From NCBI GenBank assembly GCA_964619035.1, contig CAZUBX010000001.1:13089-77088 (forward strand): DNA of 64,000 bases. Reading direction: 5' to 3'. A model generated the notes under the pieces. It saw only the letters and a list, made by a program, of their open reading frames with translations, did not search any database and had not been told where the DNA came from. The position numbers and the translations under genes were made by a program. Positions 54,323-64,000 of this stretch are shown here, piece by piece; within the stretch, counting starts at the first letter, position 1; every line of letters begins with the position of its first letter. The DNA comes from an uncultured Syntrophaceae bacterium (lineage in GTDB: Bacteria > Desulfobacterota > Syntrophia > Syntrophales > UBA2192).

Positions 54323-55765
54323 ATGCTGACCCAGGACATGCTAACCCAAGACATGCTCACCAAGGTCCGGAAAACGATCAAAAAGCACGACATGCTCCGA
54401 AAGGGGGATCACGTCCTTGTCGGGGTGTCGGGCGGCGCCGACTCGGTGGCCCTACTTGCGGTGCTGAACCATCTGCGTCCCGCCTGGAGGCTCACCCTCA
54501 CGGCAGCCCATTTCAACCACAAAACCAGGGCCGCCGAATCCGATCGGGACGAGGCCTTCGTTCGGACCCTCTGTCAATCCATCGGGATCGCCGTTGTCTG
54601 CGGCTCGCTCAAGGAGGGGACGAGGCCCCGCGGTCTCTCCATCGAGGATTTCCTCAGGCGGAGCCGCTACAGCTTCTTCGAGAAAATGCTACGGAAAGCG
54701 GGGGCCAACCGGATTGCACTGGGCCACCATCAGGGCGACCAGGCTGAGACGGTCCTCATGAACGTCATCCGGGGCGCGGGGCTTGCCGGGATTTCGGGTA
54801 TGCCCCCCGTGCGCAACGCAGGCACCATCATCCGCCCGCTCATCGACTGCACGCGACGCGAGATCCTTGATTACCTTGCTGCCGTTGGGTTGTCCTTCGT
54901 CGACGACAGTTCCAACACCGACGAGCGCTTCCTGCGCAACCGTATCCGCGCGCACCTGATGCCGGAGCTGCAGAAGAGCTACAACCCGGCCATCCATGAA
55001 ACGCTCTGCCGTCTGGCCGATGTCCTTCGGACGGAAAATGACTATATGACCCGTGAAGCTCAGCTTCGACTGACACGCTGGAGGGACGGCCGTAAACAGG
55101 AGAATCCCCTGGAGGTGCCCATCGCAGAGCTCAAGATCCTCCATCCGGCCTTGCAGCGCAGGGCGATTCTGGAAATTGCCCGGGAGGTCTGCGCCGAGGA
55201 TGCCGCCATCGGGTTCGAACATGTCCAGGCCGTGCTGGCTCTTGCAGGCGGCACAAACCCCGGAGGCTCGCTGGATCTACCGGGAGGGATTCTGGTCCGG
55301 AGAAAGTACGGAATGCTTGAATTTTGCCAGGTCGCGCGGCCCGGAGGGCGGCCCCGTAAAGGCATGGCTCCACGAGACGCGACAGAAACATTCAGCCACG
55401 AAGTCTCCATTCCGGGCACGGTCCGAATCGCGAGCCTCGGGATAAGCATCCGCTTCCGGGAGCTCGGGCGGGTGCCCTCGGTTTTGTCGGCCCAGCGGAA
55501 GGCATACCTGGATCTGGACCGGATTGCCCTCCCGCTCGTTGTCCGCAGCGTGTCAGCGGGAGACCGGATTCAGCCCCTGGGAATGAAAGGGACCCGGAAG
55601 CTCAAATCGGTTTTCATCGACGAGAAGATCCCGAGGGAACAAAGGCGCGCGATCCCCGTGCTGGCCGACGGCATTTCCGTCCTCTGGGTTCCGGGCGTGC
55701 GTCTTTCTGAAAGGGTTCGCGTCGGAAAGGGGACGAAGCGCGTCTTGAGCGCAGAAATCGTTTGA
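54323..55765 (+). CDS. tilS: tRNA(Ile)-lysidine synthetase
   Basis: PP-loop VGVSGGADSVAL, GHHQGDQAET and the C-terminal TilS domain. The 5' end consists of three 15-nt repeats, each beginning with ATG. Confidence 0.85.
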   Translation: MLTQDMLTQDMLTKVRKTIKKHDMLRKGDHVLVGVSGGADSVALLAVLNHLRPAWRLTLTAAHFNHKTRAAESDRDEAFVRTLCQSIGIAVVCGSLKEGTRPRGLSIEDFLRRSRYSFFEKMLRKAGANRIALGHHQGDQAETVLMNVIRGAGLAGISGMPPVRNAGTIIRPLIDCTRREILDYLAAVGLSFVDDSSNTDERFLRNRIRAHLMPELQKSYNPAIHETLCRLADVLRTENDYMTREAQLRLTRWRDGRKQENPLEVPIAELKILHPALQRRAILEIAREVCAEDAAIGFEHVQAVLALAGGTNPGGSLDLPGGILVRRKYGMLEFCQVARPGGRPRKGMAPRDATETFSHEVSIPGTVRIASLGISIRFRELGRVPSVLSAQRKAYLDLDRIALPLVVRSVSAGDRIQPLGMKGTRKLKSVFIDEKIPREQRRAIPVLADGISVLWVPGVRLSERVRVGKGTKRVLSAEIV

Positions 55766-55912
55766 AAATTTAGTGATGTTGGTATAATTAACAGTCCTTA
55801 CTCCCGGGTGACAGGAAATAGGCATCTTGAGAGCCCTTTTTTCTGCCGCACGATCCTGTGATCCGGTTTTGGCGTTCAGGACCAATACCCAACTCATGGA
55901 GGAATTCGAGGA

Positions 55913-57742
<1,830 letters not shown>

Positions 57743-57806
57743 GATGAGTCAAGCATCGGGGGCCTGCCGGCCCTGTCATCAGGCACCCGATGCGTAAGCC
57801 CGACAA

Positions 57807-57845
57807 GGTGCGTTTCCTTCAGATTGGGAGCGCACCCTTTTTTTA
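57807..57845 (+). terminator. Rho-independent terminator after ftsH
   Basis: GGTGCG-18 nt-CGCACC followed by CTTTTTTTT. Confidence 0.6.
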
Positions 57846-57855
57846 AAGGCAACCC

Positions 57856-59067
57856 TTGAAGAACCGCATCCGCATCCTTGCTGTGACCTCGCTTTCCGAG
57901 GCCGAGGATTGCCTGAAAAAGATCGGTGTCGAGCCCTACGGGATTGCGTCCATGGGGACCAAGATGAGCCATTTGAACCTGCTCATCGAGGGACTGAAAC
58001 CGAAGGTGGCCAACATCATCAAGCAGGAAATGCTCTCGCTGGGCGGCGATGCCGCCGTGTCGCGCGGCTCCGTCGACTGCAGCATCGAGAAGACGGACGT
58101 GCTCATCATGGGCACCGGGAAGCAGGTGCTGCGCTTCATCGAAAAGCTCGCTCTCCAGCCCTTCGGGTTGAAGGCCATCGCCTTCGATCTCCGGGAGCTT
58201 CTTAGCAACCTCTCGAAGGAGTCTTTTCAGCTGAAAACACCCCGGCGCTCAATCGAGCTCTCGAGTCGGACCCTTGTCATGGGGGTGATCAACGCAACGC
58301 CCGATTCCTTCTCAGACGGCGGCACGATCAACAGCGAGGAAGAAGGGTTGCGGCAGGCCATGAAATTGCTCGGCGAGGGGGCGGATATCCTCGACGTGGG
58401 AGGGGAATCCTCCCGTCCGGGCGCAGAACCGGTCCCGCTCCGGGAAGAGCTCCGAAGGGTGGTGCCGCTGATCCGCCGGATCGCCCGGGAGACAGGGATC
58501 CCCGTATCCGTCGACACAACCAAGGCCGAGGTGGCGCGGCAGGCCATCGATGCGGGGGCCGAAATCATCAACGACATCACGGCGCTCCGGGGGGACGGCA
58601 GAATGGCCCGGGTTGCCGCCTCGGCGGGCGTGCCGGTGATCCTCATGCACATGAGGGGGACCCCCTCGACCATGCAGAAAGAGGATCTCGCCTACGCATC
58701 GCTCATCGGGGAGATTCGCGATTTCCTCGAAAACCGGATCGAAAAGGCCTCTTCTTCCGGAATCCAAACCGACAACCTGGTCATCGATCCGGGGATCGGT
58801 TTCGGCAAGAACGTCGACGACAACCTCCGGCTTCTGCGTCATCTCGGGGAGTTCAAGGCCCTGGGCAGGCCGATCTGCGTCGGGGTTTCCCGCAAACACT
58901 TCACGGGAAAGATCACGGGAGTCACACGCCCGGCAGAGAGGATCGAGGGAACTGCCGCAGCGGTGACCGCGGCCATCCTGAACGGCGCAAACATCATCCG
59001 GGTGCACGACGTCGGGACCATGAAGCGGGTGGCAGCCATGGCCGACGCCATCAGGAGGGTCCGATGA
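57856..59067 (+). CDS. folP: Dihydropteroate synthase with about 135-aa N-terminal extra domain
   Basis: The pterin-binding domain starts at LVMGVINATPDSFSDGG. DVGGESSRPG and GVSRK motifs. TTG start at 57856, so the N-terminal boundary is uncertain. Confidence 0.85.
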   Translation: MKNRIRILAVTSLSEAEDCLKKIGVEPYGIASMGTKMSHLNLLIEGLKPKVANIIKQEMLSLGGDAAVSRGSVDCSIEKTDVLIMGTGKQVLRFIEKLALQPFGLKAIAFDLRELLSNLSKESFQLKTPRRSIELSSRTLVMGVINATPDSFSDGGTINSEEEGLRQAMKLLGEGADILDVGGESSRPGAEPVPLREELRRVVPLIRRIARETGIPVSVDTTKAEVARQAIDAGAEIINDITALRGDGRMARVAASAGVPVILMHMRGTPSTMQKEDLAYASLIGEIRDFLENRIEKASSSGIQTDNLVIDPGIGFGKNVDDNLRLLRHLGEFKALGRPICVGVSRKHFTGKITGVTRPAERIEGTAAAVTAAILNGANIIRVHDVGTMKRVAAMADAIRRVR

Positions 59068-59471
59068 TCGATGCCGTTGGAGTTGACATCGCCGATGTGA
59101 AAAGGATAAAAGCCTCTCTCGATCGATGGGGGGAGCGGTTCGTAACGAGGATCTTTTCCTCCCGCGAAGCCCAATACTGCCGGCGGCACCGCGACGAGGC
59201 GCTGCGCTTTGCCGCCCGCTTTGCCGCCAAGGAAGCCTTCATCAAGTGCATGGGCTCCGCCCGGGGCCTCCTCTGGCATGAGATCGAACTGCTCAACGAC
59301 CGAAAGGGAAAACCGGTATTCCGGTTTTCCGATAGCATTCGGAAAAAACTGAACGGCAAAAAAATCCAAAAGGTCCATGTCAGCATCTCCCACACGGCCG
59401 AATACGCCGTGGCGTTCGTCGTCTTCGAGACGGGACGGGACAAAGGTGAAAAGCCGGCAGAGAGGATTTGA
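59064..59471 (+). CDS. acpS: Holo-[acyl-carrier-protein] synthase
   Basis: GVDIADVKRI...FAAKEAFIKC...ISHTAEYAVA are AcpS motifs. ATGA overlap with folP. Confidence 0.85.
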   Translation: MIDAVGVDIADVKRIKASLDRWGERFVTRIFSSREAQYCRRHRDEALRFAARFAAKEAFIKCMGSARGLLWHEIELLNDRKGKPVFRFSDSIRKKLNGKKIQKVHVSISHTAEYAVAFVVFETGRDKGEKPAERI

Positions 59472-59929
59472 TTTTGAAGCTGATTTCTGATAGTCGGGAG
59501 AGGACTCTGGAGATGGGCCGGCTCATCGGAGCGATCCTCGAGAGAGGGGACATCGTGGCCCTCATCGGGGAGCTGGGCTCCGGGAAGACCTGCCTCACCC
59601 AGGGCATGGCGAAGGGGATGGGTGTCGCGGAAAACGTGCCCGTGGTGAGTCCCACCTTCACCCTGATCAACGAGTACCCCGGGAAGATTCCTCTCATTCA
59701 TCTGGATGTCTACCGGCTTTCGGGGCCCCGGGACCTAGAGGACATGGGCTACGAGGAGTATTTCTACGGCGGCGGGATCATCGTGATCGAATGGGCCGAG
59801 AAGATCCGGGACATCCTGCCGGCAAAGACCCTTTTTGTCAGCATGCGATACCTGGACGAAAACACCCGGGAAATGATCCTGGAGGGACCCGAGGGAAAGA
59901 TCAGAAGACTTGAGGAACTTCTGAGTTGA
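59468..59929 (+). CDS. tsaE: tRNA t6A biosynthesis ATPase TsaE
   Basis: P-loop GELGSGKT, SPTFTLINEY and HLDVYRL. Confidence 0.85.
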   Translation: MILKLISDSRERTLEMGRLIGAILERGDIVALIGELGSGKTCLTQGMAKGMGVAENVPVVSPTFTLINEYPGKIPLIHLDVYRLSGPRDLEDMGYEEYFYGGGIIVIEWAEKIRDILPAKTLFVSMRYLDENTREMILEGPEGKIRRLEELLS

Positions 59930-60079
59930 AATGCCTTGCACCCAGGTGCCAGGTATTTAGAAACATAAGGACGTGAATGATCTGTCATTATGCCCGCAAC
60001 CCCCGCAGCAACGTTCGACTGGCTCACGTCAGGTGCTGAGGGGACTGCGCGTGCAATCGTTTTCAGGAGGATCGATTTC

Positions 60080-61300
60080 ATGGCGTTGATCGTGCAGAAA
60101 TACGGCGGGACGTCCGTCGCCAACCTGGAGAAGATCCGGAATGTGGCGGAGCGCGTCATCCGCGCAAAAGAAGGGGGCAACAACCTGGTCGTCGTGCTGT
60201 CGGCCATGGCGGGTGAGACGGACCGCCTCATCGGGCTCGCCAACCAGGCATCGGAGAGCAAGCCGGACGAGCGGGAGTACGATGCCCTTGTCGCCACGGG
60301 CGAACAGGTCACGGTCACGCTGCTTGCCCTCACCCTCAACCGGATGGGGCACAAGGCCAGATCCTTCCTGGCCCATCAGGTCAAGATTCACACGGACCGT
60401 GCCCACACGAAAGCGCGGATCCTCAAGGTGGATACCCGGGAAATCGAAAAGGAGCTGAAGAAGGGGCACATCGTCGTGGTGGCCGGTTTCCAGGGTGTCG
60501 ATACGGAAAATCATGTCACGACGCTGGGCCGAGGGGGTTCCGACACGAGTGCCGTGGCGCTGGCGGCCTCCCTGAAGGCCGATATGTGCGAGATCTACAC
60601 CGACGTGGACGGGGTCTACACAACGGACCCGAACCTCTGCCGGTCGGCCCGCAAACTGGCCAAGGTCTCCTACGACGAGATGTTGGAGATGGCCAGCGCA
60701 GGGGCCAAGGTCCTTCACCCTCGCTCGGTGGAACTGGCAAAGAAATACGATGTCCCCGTTTACGTAAAGTCATCGTTCACCGATGACGAAGGCACTCTGG
60801 TCACGAAGGAGGATGAGGAAATGGAAGCAGTCGTTGTGTCGGGAGTCACCTATGACAGGGATCAGGCAAAGGTTACCGTCGTTCATGTGCCGGACCGGCC
60901 CGGCATCGCGGCCCGCCTTTTCACGACGTTGTCGGATCGCAATATTCCCGTCGACATGATCATCCAGAATGCCAGCGTCGAGGCTTTGACGGATCTCTCC
61001 TTCACCGTTTCCAAGAAAGACATGAAAGAGGTGGAGCGCTTGATCGGTACCGTTGCCGCGGAGATCGGGGCTCAAGGGGTCCAGTATGACCAGAACATCT
61101 CCAAGGTATCCATCATCGGGGTGGGCATGCGCAGCCACGCCGGTGTGGCCTCCAGGATGTTTGCGGCGCTGGCCAAGGAAGGCATCAACATCCTCATGAT
61201 CAGCACCTCGGAGATCAAGATCTCCTGTGTCATCGAGTCCAAGTACACGGAGCTGGCCGTCATGGTCCTCCACGAAACCTTCGGGCTGGACCGGAAGTGA
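60080..61300 (+). CDS. lysC: Aspartate kinase (two ACT domains)
   Basis: [37 protein letters not shown] and C-terminal ACT repeats. Confidence 0.9.
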   Translation: MALIVQKYGGTSVANLEKIRNVAERVIRAKEGGNNLVVVLSAMAGETDRLIGLANQASESKPDEREYDALVATGEQVTVTLLALTLNRMGHKARSFLAHQVKIHTDRAHTKARILKVDTREIEKELKKGHIVVVAGFQGVDTENHVTTLGRGGSDTSAVALAASLKADMCEIYTDVDGVYTTDPNLCRSARKLAKVSYDEMLEMASAGAKVLHPRSVELAKKYDVPVYVKSSFTDDEGTLVTKEDEEMEAVVVSGVTYDRDQAKVTVVHVPDRPGIAARLFTTLSDRNIPVDMIIQNASVEALTDLSFTVSKKDMKEVERLIGTVAAEIGAQGVQYDQNISKVSIIGVGMRSHAGVASRMFAALAKEGINILMISTSEIKISCVIESKYTELAVMVLHETFGLDRK

Positions 61301-61382
61301 AATCGAGCGCCTTCTGAAACCGGGGCCGGGACGATCTGTCTGCACCGATCCGTCCAGTCTTTCACCAAGAGGGCAGGGGATC

Positions 61383-61952
61383 ATGAAAGCAGGCAGGGAG
61401 AAGGTTTTCGGAAGCTTCGCCCTTTTCGCCGTAACGGCCTTACTCATTTTTATCACCCTCCCTTCACGGAACCCGCGCGAACCGGTCGCCCCGGATATCC
61501 CTTTCACCATCGAGAAGCCCGGAACGATCGCCGTGGAGATCGCCGGCGAGTCAGGCCGCAACGGTGTCTACTTCATCCCGAAGGAGACCCCGTTGACCGG
61601 GTTTCTGGACATGGCCGGCATCACGGCTGCAGGCGTCAACGGGGAGGCCAACCGAGCCCCCACGCTCCGGTCGGCGACGACGGTTACCCTGATGTCGAGG
61701 CCCCCCGGAATTTCCGTTGAGCCCATGGCTGCAGACAAGCGCCTGGCCCTCGGCATCCCCATCGACCTCAACCGTTCATCTCTAAATGATCTCGTCCTCG
61801 TCCCCGGAATCGGGGAGAAAACCGCCGAGAAGATCGTTGAGGAGCTCGGTCTCAACGGGAGGTTCGGCAAGCTCGAGGAGCTCATGCGGGTCAAGGGGAT
61901 CAAGGAAAAACGCCTCGAGAAGCTCCGGAGATATTTCTGCATCGGGTGCTGA
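61383..61952 (+). CDS. ComEA-like helix-hairpin-helix DNA-binding protein
   Basis: N-terminal TM helix. SLBB-like middle region. C-terminal HhH motifs LVLVPGIGEKTAEKIV and LMRVKGIKEKRLEKL. Confidence 0.7.
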   Translation: MKAGREKVFGSFALFAVTALLIFITLPSRNPREPVAPDIPFTIEKPGTIAVEIAGESGRNGVYFIPKETPLTGFLDMAGITAAGVNGEANRAPTLRSATTVTLMSRPPGISVEPMAADKRLALGIPIDLNRSSLNDLVLVPGIGEKTAEKIVEELGLNGRFGKLEELMRVKGIKEKRLEKLRRYFCIGC

Positions 61953-62027
61953 GCCTCCGTTACGGCTGTGCAACCTTTCGATATCTGTTCCCTTCTTCAT
62001 TATTTCCCTCGCGCGCTGAGTTTTGCC

Positions 62028-62057
62028 TTGACACTAACGGTCGTCTCCCTTTATAGT
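62028..62057 (+). promoter_or_regulatory. Sigma70-type promoter for carB
   Basis: TTGACA (62028-62033), 18 nt, TATAGT (62052-62057). Confidence 0.4.
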
Positions 62058-62143
62058 GCGTGCGCCTTAATATCCAGTGTTCAAGGGAACTTACGGACGA
62101 CATTGGCTTCCGTTTCACCATAGAAAACGAGGGGGATCACAAC

Positions 62144-64000
62144 ATGCCAAAACGGACAGACATCAAGAAGGTGATGATCATCGGATCAGGCCCGATCGTC
62201 ATCGGACAGGCCTGCGAGTTCGACTATTCCGGCACTCAGGCCTGCAAGGCCTTGAGAAAGCTCGGTTACGAAATCGTTCTCGTCAACTCGAACCCGGCCA
62301 CGATCATGACGGATCCGGGAATGGCCGATGTAACCTACATCGAGCCTCTGAATGTCCAGAGCATGATCGAGATCATCGAAAACGAGCGTCCCGACGCCAT
62401 CCTGCCCAACCTCGGCGGCCAGACGGGCCTCAATCTGACCTCGGAGCTTCACAAGAAGGGCATCCTCGAAAAATACGGAGTGAAGGTCATCGGCGTGCAG
62501 GTCGACGCCATTGAACGCGGCGAGGACCGTATGGCGTTCAAGGAGACCATGAACCGCCTCGGCATCGAGATGCCGGAAAGCGAAATCGCATACCGTATCG
62601 AAGAGGCCGAGGCCGTGGCGGCAAAACTGGGCTATCCCGTCGTGATCCGTCCAGCCTATACCATGGGAGGCACGGGCGGAGGGCTTGTCTACAACCCCGA
62701 GGAGCTTCGGGTCGTGGCGGCCAGGGGTCTGGCGGCGAGCCTGGTAGGCCAGATCCTCGTGGAGGAGTCCGTACTCGGCTGGGAGGAGCTGGAGCTTGAG
62801 GTTGTTCGAGATGCCAAGAACCAGATGATCACCGTCTGCTTCATCGAGAACGTGGACGCCATGGGGGTCCACACGGGCGACTCGTACTGCACAGCGCCCA
62901 TGCTCACCATTTCCCCGGAGCTCCAGAAGAGGCTCCAGAAATACTCCTATGATATCGTCGAGGCAATCCAGGTCATCGGCGGGACCAACGTCCAGTTCGC
63001 CCACGACCCGAAGACGGGCCGCGTCGTCGTCATCGAGATCAATCCCCGCACATCACGCTCGTCGGCCCTGGCCTCCAAGGCGACGGGATTTCCCATCGCC
63101 CTCATCTCGGCCATCCTGGCGGGGGGGCTCACCCTGGACGAGATCCCGTACTGGCGGGAAGGGACCCTCGAAAAGTACACCCCCTCGGGTGACTACGTGG
63201 TCGTGAAGTTCGCCCGGTGGGACTTCGAGAAATTTCCAGGCGCCGAGGACAAACTGGGCACCCAGATGCGCGCCGTGGGCGAGGTGATGAGCATCGGCAA
63301 GAACTATAAGGAGGCCCTTCAGAAGTCGATCCGTTCATTGGAAAAGGGCCGGTACGGCCTCGGGTTTGCCCGGGATTACCACCAGAAAAGCCTGGAAGAG
63401 TTGATGGATCTCCTCGTTGAGCCCTCCAGCGAGCGCCAGTTCATCCTGTATGAGGCCCTGAGAAAAGGAGCCGCCGTGGATGCGCTCTTCCGCAAGACCT
63501 ACATCAAACACTGGTTCATCGAACAGATGAAGGAACTTGTCGAACTTGAGGAAAAGATTCTGAAAACCAAGGGCAAGGAGATCCCCGATTCGCTTCTCGC
63601 CCAAGCCAAGAAAGACGGCTTTGCCGACCGCTATCTCTCTCAGATCCTGAGCATTCCCGAGGAGAAAATCCGAAAGCGCCGCACCGAACTGGGTATTGTC
63701 GAGTGCTGGGACGCCGTACCCGTCTCCGGAGTCGAGAACGCGGCTTATTATTACTCCACGTACAACGCCCCCGACAAGGTCACGACGACGGGCAACCGCA
63801 AGGTGATGGTGCTTGGCGGAGGCCCGAACCGGATCGGGCAGGGGATCGAGTTCGATTACTGCTGCGTCCACGCCGCCTTCACGCTGCGTGACGAAGGCTT
63901 CGAATCCGTCATGGTGAACTGCAACCCCGAAACGGTCTCCACGGACTATGACACGTCGGACAAGCTCTACTTCGAGCCTCTGACTGTGGAGGACGTGCTC
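62144..64000 (+). CDS. carB: Carbamoyl-phosphate synthase large subunit (3' end outside window)
   Basis: MPKRTDIKKVMIIGSGPIVIGQACEFDYSGTQACKALRKLGYEIVLVNSNPATIMTD... The frame is open to the window end. It is not in the ORF track because it has no stop. Confidence 0.95.
   Translation, partial: MPKRTDIKKVMIIGSGPIVIGQACEFDYSGTQACKALRKLGYEIVLVNSNPATIMTDPGMADVTYIEPLNVQSMIEIIENERPDAILPNLGGQTGLNLTSELHKKGILEKYGVKVIGVQVDAIERGEDRMAFKETMNRLGIEMPESEIAYRIEEAEAVAAKLGYPVVIRPAYTMGGTGGGLVYNPEELRVVAARGLAASLVGQILVEESVLGWEELELEVVRDAKNQMITVCFIENVDAMGVHTGDSYCTAPMLTISPELQKRLQKYSYDIVEAIQVIGGTNVQFAHDPKTGRVVVIEINPRTSRSSALASKATGFPIALISAILAGGLTLDEIPYWREGTLEKYTPSGDYVVVKFARWDFEKFPGAEDKLGTQMRAVGEVMSIGKNYKEALQKSIRSLEKGRYGLGFARDYHQKSLEELMDLLVEPSSERQFILYEALRKGAAVDALFRKTYIKHWFIEQMKELVELEEKILKTKGKEIPDSLLAQAKKDGFADRYLSQILSIPEEKIRKRRTELGIVECWDAVPVSGVENAAYYYSTYNAPDKVTTTGNRKVMVLGGGPNRIGQGIEFDYCCVHAAFTLRDEGFESVMVNCNPETVSTDYDTSDKLYFEPLTVEDVL

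Noticed and set aside
59930-60079. Possible lysine riboswitch (L-box) upstream of lysC.
   Set aside because: I could not find the conserved L-box elements or a five-helix arrangement by eye. An Rfam scan would be needed to be certain.

Overview
This is a 64-kb, GC-rich (roughly 58-60% by eye), densely coding chromosomal segment. It looks like core genome of a Gram-negative anaerobe; the gene content hints at a Desulfobacterota/deltaproteobacterial lineage, but that is inference only. I support about 70 protein genes on both strands and two tRNAs: a CAU-anticodon elongator-type tRNA and an initiator tRNA-Met. I saw no rRNA, CRISPR array, transposase, integrase or phage genes.

Recognisable blocks:
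- Envelope proteases: M48/TPR, SppA and an M48 lipoprotein.
- A tetR-OMF-MFP-RND efflux operon followed by a small PII-like gene.
- nhaA; queD-folE2; purB; nadB; tsaD; rsmA.
- panC-panD, with panB plus a DUF2520 reductase-like gene elsewhere in the window.
- metK-ahcY; lptF-lptG; lpxH-like; speB-pdaD.
- tilS-ftsH-folP-acpS-tsaE; lysC; comEA-like; carB (3' end outside the window).

Most unusual observations:
1. A histidine kinase plus a sigma54 enhancer-binding response regulator with a duplicated C-terminal HTH. They sit directly upstream of two tandem paralogous genes for signal-peptide-bearing, purely Lys/Ala/Pro/Glu/Asp-rich mini-proteins. Each mini-gene has its own -24/-12-like promoter and conserved upstream boxes.
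2. A NifX/NifB-type (FeMo-cofactor-binding fold) gene interrupted by a single in-frame TGA with a SECIS-like hairpin 13 nt downstream. It is either a candidate selenoprotein or a pseudogene.
3. A J-domain/receiver-domain fusion protein.
4. Two tandem YtxH-DUF948 gene pairs.
5. Families of short tandem 7-8-mer arrays at gene ends.

All coordinates and motifs were read by eye from the sequence. No database search was run.
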